Of a stretch of 64,000 nt of DNA, positions 13,952 to 26,504 are shown piece after piece. Where the stretch lies: assembly GCF_009914755.1 (NCBI RefSeq), contig NC_060933.1; one strand, 5' to 3'. The notes beneath the pieces were generated by a model that made no database searches, was not told the DNA's origin, and worked only from the letters and a program-made list of their open reading frames with translations. This DNA is from the human T2T-CHM13v2.0 reference genome, Homo sapiens. The translations under genes and the position numbers were made by a program. Within the stretch, counting starts at the first letter, position 1. Every line of letters starts with the position of its first letter.

Positions 13952-15891
13952 ACTCAAAGTTGACCCACTGATTCATGAACATCACAGAAAAAAATTGGAA
14001 AAGTATCAATTGTTTTATAGATGATGTTGGGAAATGTAATGCATTTTAGGAAGAAGAAAAAATTTGGGTGCTTAACTCACCTTTCATACAGAAGTAAACG
14101 CATATGGAATAGAGATGTTCATGGGAAAGGCAAAACTGTAAAATTCAAAGAAGAAAACACAGGAGAGGGCTTTGTGTCCTATGAGTGGAGAAATAATCCT
14201 TCATGATACCTTAAACAAAAGTTGTAAACAATGTACCAGCTTAATTATATAAAAATCAACATTTTCTACTCAACAAAGAATTTCACAAATAAAATTAATA
14301 GACAGCTGACAAATTCACTGAGAGTAGAAATGTTGAATGGGAAAAACAGATTAAAATTCCAGTGAATCTAAAAGAAGACAGAAAACCCAAAGGAAAGGGG
14401 ATATGAATAGGCAATTGGAGAATAGAAAACGAGATAAATATAGATTCTATTTCATATGTCTTTCCCTGACTTTGAAGACCGAATGGCCATATGTCTTTAC
14501 ATCTTCTGTTCCAATTGCTCTGTATATAGCTACAGTATTAATGATGCACGTAGAGCTATGGGTGAAGATACAAGGAGGTGCATGAATGCAGCTATGTTCC
14601 TTTCTCTCTTCTGTAGTCTCTGTAATGTGACACTGGTTTTTTCTTCCTTAATGTAGGGTTTTCATCAACACAAGAAGGAATTACTTTCTTTTCCCATTGA
14701 ATACTGTAAATGAATTTTTAAATTGTTCAAACCCTTCAAATTTGCCTCTTTCAATAGTTGACTTTGTAGTCAATTCTCAGACAAAAAAAATATGGGAAAA
14801 GCAAAAGAGCGATTACTACCAAAAGAAGAAAGTCCATTTCATGATTAAATATTATATTCTGTAAAGAGGGATGAGTGAGTGTTTGTGTGCATGTATATGT
14901 ATGTGTATTTGCCTGGGAATTCTCCTGATTATGTAGCCATTAAAATGATATTTGCCTAATACATACTTATCAATCATCTTCCAGTGGTAACATTAAACCA
15001 GTGTGACCCAGCTGAGATGTTAGGGAACTTGCTTTTTTTCTTCTCCAATACATGAGAGACCAGGCTTGGCATAGATCCTTACAATACTCTGGTGGGTATG
15101 TACCTTGCAGATATGTGTACTGAGAATAAACACAAATTATATTGTTTGCTTTAATTTATTTTAGTACTCATTTTATAGTATTGCTTTGAATTAGTATTTT
15201 TGAATCATTCCCTTCCAGCAGGTTTTTAAGCCCCCAAAGTTACTGTGGGGATAACTCAAGGTGTTCGTGGGGTATGTGAACTGTTTCACTACTCTATTGA
15301 TGGAGAAAGGAGAAAAATTGCATTTCAATGGTGGTAAATTAGACCCAGGTATTTCATGGAAGTATCTGCACACCTAGGGCAATGCAAGGGTGATCTGAAA
15401 AGAAGGAAGCTAAAGTTTGAGAGTGAAAAATGATTTAGAAATAGTTCAGAATAAGTTATATTTGATAAATTCAAAGGAAGATAATATTTGTAAACTATTT
15501 TCTTTATGTATACAAAGAAGGTTAAAGGTTAGTTATAAAATGTTAGCAGCTAGTTTCAGCATCTTTTACACTTTATTTCTTTTCGCTTATCCTAAAACTG
15601 GCCATATATCAGAATCATCACTGGAAGAAAAAAAAAACAAAGTCCAGATGCTCAAGCCCCATCACTAACAATTATTATTCAATAGGATCTGAATTTTTTC
15701 TATGGTTAAAAACCTCCATATGTGATTCTGATGTGATTCACAGCCATAATTTAAAGCCTCTGCTTTATAGTAAATAATACCTCATAATATAATTACTTTA
15801 CGGTTATATTAATAGATATGAACTTTCCATGGTTAAGTCATGTCAAATGTACTCCCCACTTGGAAAAAAAAAGAGAAACTAGTACTCTTTA

Positions 15892-15910
15892 CTGCCACGT
15901 GGTGGCAGCA
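15892..15910 (+). promoter_or_regulatory. Candidate CTCF site overlapping a CCACGTGG E-box
   Basis: ctgccacgtggtggcagca vs CTCF core CCASYAGRKGGCRS (2 mismatches); CpG retained in otherwise AT-rich unique DNA. Confidence 0.5.
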
Positions 15911-15954
15911 TACATATATTGCAAGGGCAATTATTGTAGGAGGCCAATTTAATA

Positions 15955-16330
15955 AAACATTTTAGAATTAGAAAACCATATAGAGATCATCTAGTCAGAT
16001 TTACACCTGAAAACTAAGGCCCATACACCTGAAATTATTTATCTCAAGTCAAAGACAGATAGTGAAAGAACATGAAATTTTAAAAAATCTCTGGATTTTA
16101 AATTTAGTGCTATTTCTATTAATGTCAAATTATAGCTCAAATTTTAGTCTAACAAATTTGAGATTGAATTCTTGCTTGTATGTACTACTGTGTGCCTTTC
16201 AGCAAGTTAATAAAATACATTGAACCTTGCTTTTCACATTTGTAGAATGTAAAATAGTGAGACTTGAATGATATACAGTAAGAGAGATCCTAGAATTGTT
16301 CTTAGTATGTACAAATACTTAAAAAAAATT
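15955..16330. mobile_element. Two MIR fragments (one minus, one plus)
   Basis: gaaaactaaggccca.. and agcaagttaa..tgaaccttgcttttcacatttgtagaatg. Confidence 0.55.
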
Positions 16331-16948
16331 GGCTCTCATCCCCTTTAAACAACCCTATTCATCTAATGGTTAAAAGAGCTATTCAGCTAGCAAGTCACCA
16401 GAGAGCTGACAAGATTTTGGCAAGAGATATGGGATTTTTTTCACTGGAGTTCCTTAGACTTGATATTTGAACTGCACTTAAACATCAACTTCTGTTGTTT
16501 ACATCATATTAATAAATATGATAAAAGAAAGTTTAAAAGAAATATGCAGAAATTAAGCAGCAGTCTGACTTTTAAGAAATATAATTCAGTATTGGTGGCA
16601 AGAACCATAAACATTATTTTGATGGAAGATCTGAACCAAAACAGTGTTTTGAAGATAGATCATGTTACTCTCTTTCACCTATTAAGAGTAATTAGAATTC
16701 CTTTAAACTGTATTTTAATGAGCAGCAATTTCCTTCTCACCATTCAAGCTATCTAACAAGAAAAAGAGCCTCCCAGAATTGATTAAAATATTTTTAAAAT
16801 AAAGCAAATAACTTTTTGCAACATTTTCCAAACCTTCATCAAATTGGGTGAGGATTTTCTAAGATCATCATTTTATAGCTCTATCTCCATTTTCAAGTTG
16901 CTCAAATGAATGGGCCTAATAAATGAGCAATTAAACCAGAACTTCAGT

Positions 16949-16950
<2 letters not shown>

Positions 16951-16984
<34 letters not shown>

Positions 16985-17128
16985 GGACAGGGTCTCACTC
17001 TATTGCCAAGGCTGGAGTGCAGTGATGTGATCATAGCTCACTGTGACCTCAAACCCTTGGACTCAAGTGACCCTCTCTTCTCAGCCTCTCAAGTAGCTAG
17101 GACTGCAGATGCGCACCATCATACTCAG
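16951..17128 (-). mobile_element. AluJ, tail and right arm (split by MSTA)
   Basis: Long poly-T then Alu right arm, stopping at the LTR TG at 17129. Confidence 0.92.
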
Positions 17129-19771
17129 TGTGTTAGGCCATTTTTGCATTGCTACAAAATATACCTGAGGCTGGGTATTTATAAAGAAAAGAGGTTTAAT
17201 TGGCTTGTGGTTCTGCAGGGTGTACAGGAAGCATGGCACTGGCATCTGCTTGGCTTCTAGGAAGGCCTCAGAGAGCCTTTATTCATGGAGGAAGGTGAAA
17301 TGGAAGCAGGCATATCACATGGAGAGAGTGGGAGCAAGAAAGAGCAAGTGGGTGGCAAAGGTGCCACATGCTTTTAAACAACCAGATCTTGTGAGAACTC
17401 ACTCACTTGAGAAGGCCACTTGAGCCCAGGGGTTTGAGGTCACAGTAAGCTATGATCACATCACTGCACTCCAGCCTTGGCAACAGAATGAGACCCTGTC
17501 TCTTAAAAAAAAACCAAAAAACAAAAAACAAGGAGTGAAGCTCTGGCTTAATTGCTCGCTTATTATGCCCATTCATTTGAGCAACATGAAAGCGGAGATC
17601 ACAAGGACAGCACCAGGTCATGAGGCATCTGCCTCCATGACCCAAAACCTCCCACCAGGCCCCAGCTCCAACATTGGAGATTACATCTTAACATGAGATT
17701 TGGAGGGGATAGGATATCCAAAATATTACTCTGCCTCTGGCCCCCCAAATCTCATTCCTTCTCACACTGCAAAATATACTCATCGCTTCCTAATGGTCCT
17801 CTAAATTCTTAACTCATTCCTGCATTAACTCAAAAGTCCCAAGTCCAAAGTCTCATCTGGAGATGCGTTCCTTCCACCTATGAACTTGTAAAATCAAAAC
17901 CAGTTATTTCCAACATACAATGGGAATACAGGTACTGGGTAAATATTTTTATCCCTAAAGGAAGAAATTGTCCAAAAGAAAGGGGCCATAAGCTCTATGC
18001 AAATCTGAAACCCAACAGGGCAGTCATTCAGTCTTAAAGCTCCGAAAATAATCTCTGTTGACTCCCTGTCTTGCATCCAGGGCACAACAGTTCAGGGGTG
18101 GGCTCCCAATGCCTTGGGCAAGCTGCATCCCTGTAACTTTGCAGGGTGCAGCCCCTGTGGCTGCTCTCATAAGTCAGAGTTGAGTGCCTGCAGTTTTTCC
18201 AGGCACAGGATTCAAGCTGCTGGTGGACTACCATTCTGGAATCTAGAGGACAGTGGCTCCCTTCCCATAGCTCCACTAGGCAGTACCACAGTTGGGACTC
18301 TGTGGGGCCTCCAACCCCACATTTTCTCTCTGCACTGCCCTAGTAGAGGTTGCCTGTGAGGGCTCAGCCCCTGCAGCAGACTTCTGCCTGGGCACCTAGA
18401 CTTTCCTGTACATCCTCTGAAATCTAGGCCAAGGCTGCCTAGCCTCCTTCACTCTTGCACTCTGCATGCCTGCAGGCTTAACACCTCATGGAAGCCTCCA
18501 AGGCTTACAGCTTGTGCCCTTGAAAGCAGCAGCCAGAGCTGTACCTGGGGCCCTTTGAGCCATGGCAAGAACTAGAGCAGTAGGGATGTGGGCAGCAGCC
18601 TCCCTTAGGTGGCCCAGGGCGTTGGTGCTCTGGGCATGACCCACAAAACCACTTTTTTCTCTTAGGTTTCTGGGCCTGTTATGGGCAGAGGCACCTCAGA
18701 GATTTCTGGAATGCCTTCAAGGCCTTTTGCTCATTGTTGTGGCTACCAGCACTTGGCTCCCTTTTAGTCATGGTAATAACTCTAGCAAGTGGTTGTTCTG
18801 CAGTCTTCTTGAATTCCTCTTCTGATAATGCTTTTTCTTTCTCTGCCACATGACCAGGCTGCAAATTTTCCTAACTTTCACATTCTGCTTCCCTTTTAAA
18901 TATAAATTCCAACATTAAGTCATTTCTTTGCTCCCTCATCTGAGGATAGACTTTTAGAAGCAGCCAAGCCCTTCTTGAAAGCTTTGTTGCTCTGAAATTT
19001 CTTCCACCAGATATCCCAAGAAATTATTCTTAAGTTCAAACTTCCCAGATCTCTACTGTATGGATAGAAAATAGCCAAGTTCTTTGGTAAGGCATAACAA
19101 GGGTGACCTTTGCTCCAGTTCCCAACAAGTTTCTTATTTCCATCTGAGACCTCATCAGCCTGGATGTCACTGCTGATATCACTATTAGCATTTTGGTCAC
19201 AACCATTTAACCAGTCTCTAAGAAATACCAAGCTTTCCATCACCTTCTTTTCTTCTTTTGAGCCCTCTAAAATCTTCAAACCTCGGCTTGTTACCCAATT
19301 ACAAAGCTGCTTCCATATTTTCAGGTATCTTTATAGCAATGCTCCACTCTTCAGTACCAATTTTCTGTGTTAGGCCACTTTTTTATTCTTATTAAGAAAT
19401 ACCTGAGGCTGGGTAACTTATAAAGAAAAGAAGGTTTAATTGGCTTAAGGTTCTGCAGGGTGTACAGGAAGGGTGGTGCCATTATCTGCTTGGCTTCTGG
19501 GAGAACTCAGGGAGCTTTTACTCATGGTAGAAGGTAAAACAGGAGCAAGCACATCACATCGCAAGAGTGGGAGCAAGACAGAATGTGAGGGACGGGTGCC
19601 ACATACTTTTAAACAAACTGATCTCTTGAGAACTCACTCACTATCATGAGGACAGCACTAAACCAGGAAGGATCCACCCCCATGACCCAAACACCTCACA
19701 CAAAGCCCCACCTCTAATATTGGGGATTATATCTCAATATGATATTTGGAGGGGACATTCAAAATATATCA
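17129..19771 (-). mobile_element. Complete MSTA MaLR provirus: 3' LTR 17129-~17728, internal ~17729-19365, 5' LTR 19366-19771
   Basis: Two homologous LTRs starting tgtgttaggcca; MST/THE1-int sequence between them ending cagtaccaattttc; decayed internal ORF 18920-19279. Confidence 0.92.
17408..17597 (+). other. Inverted duplicate of 16885-~17078 inserted into the MSTA LTR
   Basis: Reverse complement aligns to unique DNA + Alu tail + Alu arm upstream (about 90% identity); absent from the sister LTR. Confidence 0.93.
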
Positions 19772-19903
19772 CCAGGCTAATGTTTTTATTTTTATTTTGT
19801 AGAGACAGGGTCTCACTATATTGGCCCAATTGGTCTCAAACAATCTTTCCACATCAGCCTTCCAAGGCACTGGAATTATAGATATGAGCCATCACACCTA
19901 GCC
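19772..19903 (-). mobile_element. AluJ, linker and left arm (continuation after MSTA)
   Basis: ccaggctaatgttttt..gtagagacagggtctcact..gagccatcacacctagcc. Confidence 0.88.
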
Positions 19904-19984
19904 TTTTATTCTTAGTATATTTTTAAATTTTGTGTGCAAACAGTATGAGATAAACAGGCCAATAAAGGATCAGAGAATTCAGTT

Positions 19985-20383
19985 ATGAAAAGCAATTCAG
20001 TATTGATACATGTCACCAAATGGATAAAATTGGAAACACTATATTAAGTGAAGGAAGCCAGACACAAAAGGTGACACTTTGTATTAATATATTTCCATTT
20101 ATATGAGCTATCAGGAGGAGGCAAGTCCATGGAGACAGGAAGTCTGTATGACATAAAAACAGAAAGTTGTTGACAGGGAGGGGTGTGGGGATTGGTGGAG
20201 GGGGAAATAGGGAGTGATTGCTAAATGGTGTGAGGTTTCCTTGTGGGGTGATATAAGTGTTCTGGAACTAGATAATGGCAATGGTTGCTCAACATGTATT
20301 AAGTTCCACTGAATTGTACATTATAAATGATGAAAATGGTGAATTTTACATTAAGTATATTTTACTACAATAAAAGAAGAAAA
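19985..20383 (+). mobile_element. L1MB-type 3' end
   Basis: atattaagtgaaggaagccagacacaaaagg..ttctggaactagat..ccactgaattgtaca..caataaaa. Confidence 0.85.
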
Positions 20384-21373
20384 GGATTACAGAAAATAAG
20401 GTAATCTGGTCAAGAATAAAGACAGCTCTACTATTCAGTTTTCTCTCAGGTCTCCAAGTGACCTCAGCAAAGAGTACTTGGAACGTGTAGACTTTTTTTT
20501 TTTTAATTTAACACAGTCCTGAAAAAATTAAAGGGAAATCAAATAATAAAATCCAATGATTTCTCCTTAACACATCTATGAAACCTGTTTTGTTAACTTC
20601 CTACTCAGCCATATGGACAGACATCCACATTTCAATTTTCTATTTCCTCTACTTCAGCACACAGTTCATTTACAAATGTATATACCAGAATTCCTTCATT
20701 CAGTGGAATCTCCAGTGCTACCTGTAACCCGTCTCATGGAAAGAAAAGAAAAGGAGGGAAAAGCCTCCAATTGGCCTGGTAGACAAGGGACAGAAATGAT
20801 TGCAGGAGAAGAAGAGCACTGCCTGAGTGTCAAACTAGAAAAGTTTATTTTCCTTTTCCTTTTCTTTTTACCTTTGTTATCCGTCTTCCTTCTACCTACT
20901 TTTCCCTTCATTCTTTTGAATTTATAAAACACTAATTGGCTGCATTATTTTTATTTATTTGCAAAACAGCTATAATCAGTTTCCTTGCTGTTCTGCAAGT
21001 GTTATTGTTTTGAACCATGCCAGAGGGGCTTTGGAGGTTGATGGAGGGATCTCTTGGGAACTTAACTTTTCCAATTTTGGGGGTAAAAGATTTTGTTTGA
21101 ATTGGCTTTTGCTAGGAGCTTCAAGCTTGGTTCTTGCCTCTTTAACAAAGGACAGAAAAGCACCACATTTTCTTTGTGGTTCTAACAAATAAAGGATTGT
21201 ATTTCCTCTTTGAGACTTTTAGGTGTTTTTGCTATGTCCTTTAATAGCTAGATAGGTATTACAGGAAGATGACATAAATAATTCGATAGAAATAATCTGA
21301 TATTTTAGAATTTGCTTTAGCCATCCTGGTCCCACTCTACTTCTTGTAGCAAATGACTTTAGAAGGGCATTAC

Positions 21374-21570
21374 TGTGTCTCTACAGAAAATCTAAAACAA
21401 ATTAGCTGGGCATGGTGGCTTGAGCCTGTAGTCCCAGCTACTATAGGGGCTAGGGTGGAGGATTGCCTGAGCTCAGGAGTTTGAGGCTGCTGTGAGCTAT
21501 GATTGTGCTACCGCATTCCAGTCTGGGCAACGGAACAATACCTTGTCTCAAATAAAAAATGTTTTAAAAA
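21374..21570 (+). mobile_element. 5'-truncated AluJ
   Basis: Linker + right arm; TSD agggcatta at 21364 and 21573. Confidence 0.9.
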
Positions 21571-21733
21571 GGAGGGCATTATCTTTATATATGTATTTAA
21601 ATGTAAATATTTAAGTATGTATTGTATATAAAGTATGAATATATATTTAAAATTTTATTTGCATAGGAATTTGCTAATTATAAAGAATTATGATATAAAA
21701 TGAGCAATATTTTAAATGAAATGGCCACAATTC

Positions 21734-22506
21734 TGAAACCACCTTGGCAAATATTATGACAATGAGAGAAATCTAACATGGCGGACTCCATTTTGTCTCC
21801 AGCCTTAGACTGGCTGTCTTCATTCATTCCTGGGAGTAGGCCAAGCTAACCATGGGGGGAATTTAATTTATAGTTTAACTTTGAAGCAAGAATGAAAATA
21901 GTTCCTAAACTGATCCCCTCCTTGTTTGGCGACTGAAACTGCCTTTGTAAGATTAACAAAAGGCCACAGGATTAGGATCATGGGAGGGGCCTAAATTCTG
22001 CAAGGATGTAAGCATAGTTTCTATAATTCTTTACTGCTCAGGAGTCAGTCATGTGGCCAGAAGTCACATGATTTGTGACTTCCCCAATTGCTCCTATAGA
22101 TAACATCACTATTATAGAACCTATGATTGGCCTTCTGATATGTTTTTCAGACATTTACAACCAAGTGACCCCACCTGGACTCACGACTTGTGACTCAACC
22201 GGTCCTGCGGTCTCCCACCCAGAGGCAGAGTCAGTGCACGAGGACTGTTTTCCACACCCCTATGATTGCATTCCCAACCAATCAGAAGCACTTATTCCCT
22301 ATTCCCCTGCCCACCAAATGATCCTTGTAAAACCCAAACCTTCAAGTATTCAGGGAGAATGATTTGGGTAATAACTCCAGCCCTTGTGCTCAGTGGCCTT
22401 GCATTAATTTAATTCTTTCCCTATTGCTATACCACTGCAATAGGGAAAGTCTTGGTGAATAGGTTTTGTGTGTGCAGTGGCAGGAAGAACCTGTCAGTTG
22501 ATTACA
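21734..22506 (+). mobile_element. LTR8-family (LTR8A/B-like) ERV1 solo LTR
   Basis: TGAAACC..attatgacaatgagagaaatctaac..gactccat..; ends ttaCA; 4-bp TSD attc/atcc. Confidence 0.85.
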
Positions 22507-22509
22507 ATC

Positions 22510-23130
22510 CCTCCAACCTAGAGATAACTACTTTTAAAATTCTTGGATTATGTCTAAATCATATCTATATAACTCTCTACCTACACATCCTTGTGTAAAC
22601 ATGCACATATACACACACCCATATGCTATATATATATATGCATCAAGTTTTAATGTATATATGTGGTATAAATACATAAGTATATTTTTGTATATGCATA
22701 TATAAAAATAATCATATTTTTACGTATGTATATAATAATATATGTATGATTTCATGTTTGTATATAAATTTCATAAAAATTATGTATGCATGTATATAAA
22801 TATATTATTATCTACATACATACACAGAGATATGCTAATTTTTAAAAGGGACCAAAATGAACACATTTCTATAACAATAAAAATAGTTGTGCTTCATTGT
22901 TTTAATAATGGTTTATAGTTTTCCATTGTATGTGATTCTATAATTTTTTATGAACAATTCTCCTTTATTGATGTCAACTTATTTTTAATTTTTTTGCCAT
23001 TATTAACAAGACTATGAACAGCATGGTGGGCAAGATTATTGGAGAAACTCTTAAAAAATAAAATCTTTACATATTATAGGTTAAATGTAATCTACTTACT
23101 TTTATGGGTATGGTTGATTTGGAAGAATGT
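22510..23130 (-). mobile_element. L1ME-type 3' fragment containing a TA-rich low-complexity tract (22600-22830)
   Basis: ttccattgtatg..tttttgccattattaacaa..atgaaca; TA-rich centre. Confidence 0.55.
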
Positions 23131-23212
23131 AATTAAAATTACCCAAACAGAAAGGGTTACACTAATGTGAAAGTTGTGGCTAGCATAGATTGCAGGTCTT
23201 GACATCCCAGAA

Positions 23213-23420
23213 TGGGAGTTGGCAAACTTTTTCTAATGGGGTCAATTAGTAAGTGCTTTAGGCTTTGTAGGAAAAGAGGCAAAATTGAAAATACTATGTA
23301 GTACTTACATAACCATTTAAAATGTCACTACTCAAAAAACAGGAAAATCACTCATAGTTCATAGGCTGTAAAAAACAGCTGTATGGATTTGGCCTATGGG
23401 CCATAGTTTGCTGACATCTG
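23213..23420. mobile_element. MER58C (hAT-Charlie)
   Basis: gttggcaaactttttct..ggctttgt..gaggcaaaattg..gggccatagtttgctgacatctg. Confidence 0.85.
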
Positions 23421-23954
23421 ATCTAAAGACTTGCACTAATGGCAGAGACAATGTGGAAGGCAGGAGATAAGACTTTATCCATACTAAATGGGAACTTAGA
23501 ACTGAGAATCTATACCTAGCCTTATCTTTAATTCAAAGGTGGACCAGGAAAATATCTACTGTCTAAAGGAAGACTAAGACAAATTCTGTTGGTTTCTTCT
23601 ATGAGTAGAAAACAAGATAAGAACTCTTGAGAACTTAAAACCCCATATCTGCTTTCAGAGTGTTTGGGCTGCAAATTTGTAATTCTAGAAACAGAAGCAA
23701 ATAAATTAACCTAAAGTGCTCCCAGCGAGGTAGTCCTTTAAACACAAAAGTCAATCCCCTCTGGACAGGTACACTCTCAACCCTGACTTCATGGGCTTCC
23801 CACAAAGTTTAGCTAAACGTGAGCTGAAGACCTAAATTCACACAATAATGAAAACATCAGCTGCAATGAAATTGAATCAGCAAAAATACACAATAACAGA
23901 ATTTGATTCCTGGAACCACCAGAAGTTGGAATGATCAGGTACAGGATAGCAAAT

Positions 23955-24355
23955 AAATATATATAATATATTATAATATACTACTATATAGTATATGTAA
24001 ATATATGTATTACATATTATATATAAATATACTATATACTATATACTATACAATACTTATTTATATATAAATATTTATATATTTTATATATAGTACAATT
24101 ATTTTATGTATACTTTTATATATAAATTTTTATATACAAATTTTATATACAAATAACAATATATAATATTTATATATTATAATAAAATTTGAATTTGTAA
24201 TATACGTTTGAATTTGTAAAATATAAAATTGTATATAATTGAACTTATAATTTGAATTATATATAACACATCATATATCATATATATGATATATATTCAA
24301 ATTGTGTGTATATATAACTATATATATATGCACACACACACACAATTTGAATTTG
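23955..24355. repeat. AT-rich low-complexity / (TA)n tract
   Basis: Direct inspection. Confidence 0.9.
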
Positions 24356-24841
24356 AACAACTAACTAGGCACAATTTAAAGATGCTAGGTAGAATTTAAA
24401 CAAATATAAAAATACATATAATCAAGTAAGCTAAAAACCCAATGGTGTAAAACAGCAGATAAAACATGGAAGTAAAGAGAGAAATCATGCTGCTTCCAGA
24501 AAAATAGCATATCATATTTTGTGCTTGATTAATTAGTAGATAGATCTTGAAAAGAAGTTACTTTTAATCACTTTCTGTCCCTTCAGCATGTAAAAAATAT
24601 TTTTGTAGCGCTTCCCTTCAAATGTAAGTAAGAAGTAGTAAAAGACAAAACAGTCAACAGGGCAAAGAAATGCCAACATGCTCATTGTATAGAGTGAATT
24701 AAGTTTTGGGCCAGCAATAAGGTGGAGGAGCTGACCCTTACAGGCCTACAGGAACTTGGGACTTTCAAAGAGGCTTGACTATCACAAGTAAAAAGATTTG
24801 TTAAAGTTGATGAGCAAGTGTTCAAATTAATAGGTTAGAAA

Positions 24842-24914
24842 GCCAGGAGCGGTGACTCACCCCTATAATCCCAGCACTTTGGGAGGCAGAGGCAGGCGGA
24901 TCACAGGGTCAGGA
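24842..24914 (+). mobile_element. AluY-like, 5' part (split by LTR12)
   Basis: gccaggagcggtgactcac..gcggatcacagggtcagga; TSD aggttagaaa at 24832. Confidence 0.9.
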
Positions 24915-26274
24915 TGTGTCCGGAATTGGTGGGTTCTTGGTCTCACTGACTTCAAGAATGAAGCCAAGAACCCTGGCAGTGAGTATTACAGTTCTGAAAG
25001 GCAGCGTGTCTGGAGTTTGTTCCTTCTCATGTTCAGACACGTTCAGAGTTTCTTCCTTCTGGTGGGTTCATGGTCTCGCTGGCTTCAGGAGAATAGCTGC
25101 AGACCTTTGTGGTGAGTGTTACAGCTCATAAAGGCAGTGTGGACCTGAAGAGTGAGCAGCAGCAAGATTTATTGCAAAGAGCGAAAGAACAAAGCTTCCA
25201 CAGTGTGGAAGGGGACCCGAGCAGGTTGCCACTGCTGGCTGGGGCAGCCTGCTTTTATTCCCTTATCTAGCCCCACCCACATCCTGCTGATTGGTCCATT
25301 TTACGGAGAGCTGTTTGGTCTGTTTTACAGAGAGCTGATTGGTCCCTTTTGACAGGGTGCTGATTGGTGCGTTTACAATCCCTGAGCTAGACACAAAAGT
25401 TCCCGAAGTCCCCACTAGATCAGCTAGACACAGAGCATGGATTGGTGCATTTACAAACCTTGAGCTAGACACAGGGTGCTGATTGGTGCATTTACAAACC
25501 TTGAGCTAGATACAGAGTGCTGACTGGTGCATTTACAAACCTTGAGCTAGATACAGAGTGCTGATTGGTGTATTTACAATCCCTTAGCTAGACATAAAGA
25601 TTCTCCAAGTCCCCCGTAGACTCAGGAGCCCATTTGGCTTCACCCAGTGGATCCAGCACCAGGGCCGCAGGTGGAGTTGCCTGACAGTCCTGGGCCACTC
25701 CTCAGCCCTTGGGTGGTTGATGGGACCCGGCGCCGTGGAGCAGGAGGCCGCGCTCGCAGGGGAGGCTCTGGCAGCACAGGAGCCCACCACAGGGCAAGGG
25801 GCGGGGGCGGGGGGAGGCTCACGCAGGGCGGGCTGCAGGTCCCCAGCCCTGTCCCATGGGGAGGCAGCTAAGGCCCTGCGAGAAATGGAGGGCAGCGCAG
25901 GTGGGCCGGCACTGCTGGGAGACCCAACGCACCCTCAGCAGCTGCTGGCCTGGGTGCTAAGCCCCTCACCACCCGGGCCCGGCAGGGCCTGCCGGCCTCT
26001 CCAAGTGCAGGGCCCGCCAAGCCCACGCCCACCCGGAACTCTAGCTGGCCCGCAAGCGCCTGCACAGCCCCTGTTCCCGCCTGAGCCTCTCCCTCCACAC
26101 CTCCCCGCAAGCTGAGGGAATGGGCTCCCGCCTCGGCCATCCCAGGAAGGGGCTCCCACAGTGCAGCGGCGGGCTGAAGGGCTCCTCAAGCATGGCCAGA
26201 GTGGGCCCCAAGGCCGAGGAGGCACCAAGAGCCAGGGAGGGCTGTGAGGGCTGCCAGCACACTGTCACCTCTCA
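24915..26274 (-). mobile_element. LTR12 (C/D-like) HERV9 solo LTR
   Basis: Minus strand starts TGAGAGGTGACAGTGTGCTGGCAG and ends CCAATTCCGGACACA; perfect 4-bp TSD AGGA (24911, 26275). Confidence 0.96.
25245..25600 (-). promoter_or_regulatory. LTR12 promoter module: tandem CCAAT (NF-Y) repeats and AATAAAAG TATA-like box
   Basis: ATTGG at 25290, 25338, 25363, 25441, 25482, 25564, several in ~41-bp repeats; cagcctgcttttatt at 25245-25259. Confidence 0.8.
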
Positions 26275-26484
<210 letters not shown>

Positions 26485-26504
26485 AGGTTAGAAAAGCTAA
26501 AACA

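Noticed and set aside
14915-14925. NF-kB-like GGGAATTCTCC
   Set aside because: Imperfect isolated match without supporting context.
17408-17530. Independent Alu retrotransposition into the MSTA LTR
   Set aside because: No TSD, and it carries the unique flank of the neighbouring Alu; better explained as an inverted duplication.
25359-25600. ~41-bp tandem repeats resembling an array
   Set aside because: Contiguous units without unique spacers; the normal LTR12 CCAAT-containing U3 repeats.
25584-26268. Cluster of overlapping GC-rich ORFs up to 132 aa
   Set aside because: Stop-poor GC-rich LTR12 U3; no protein family recognised.
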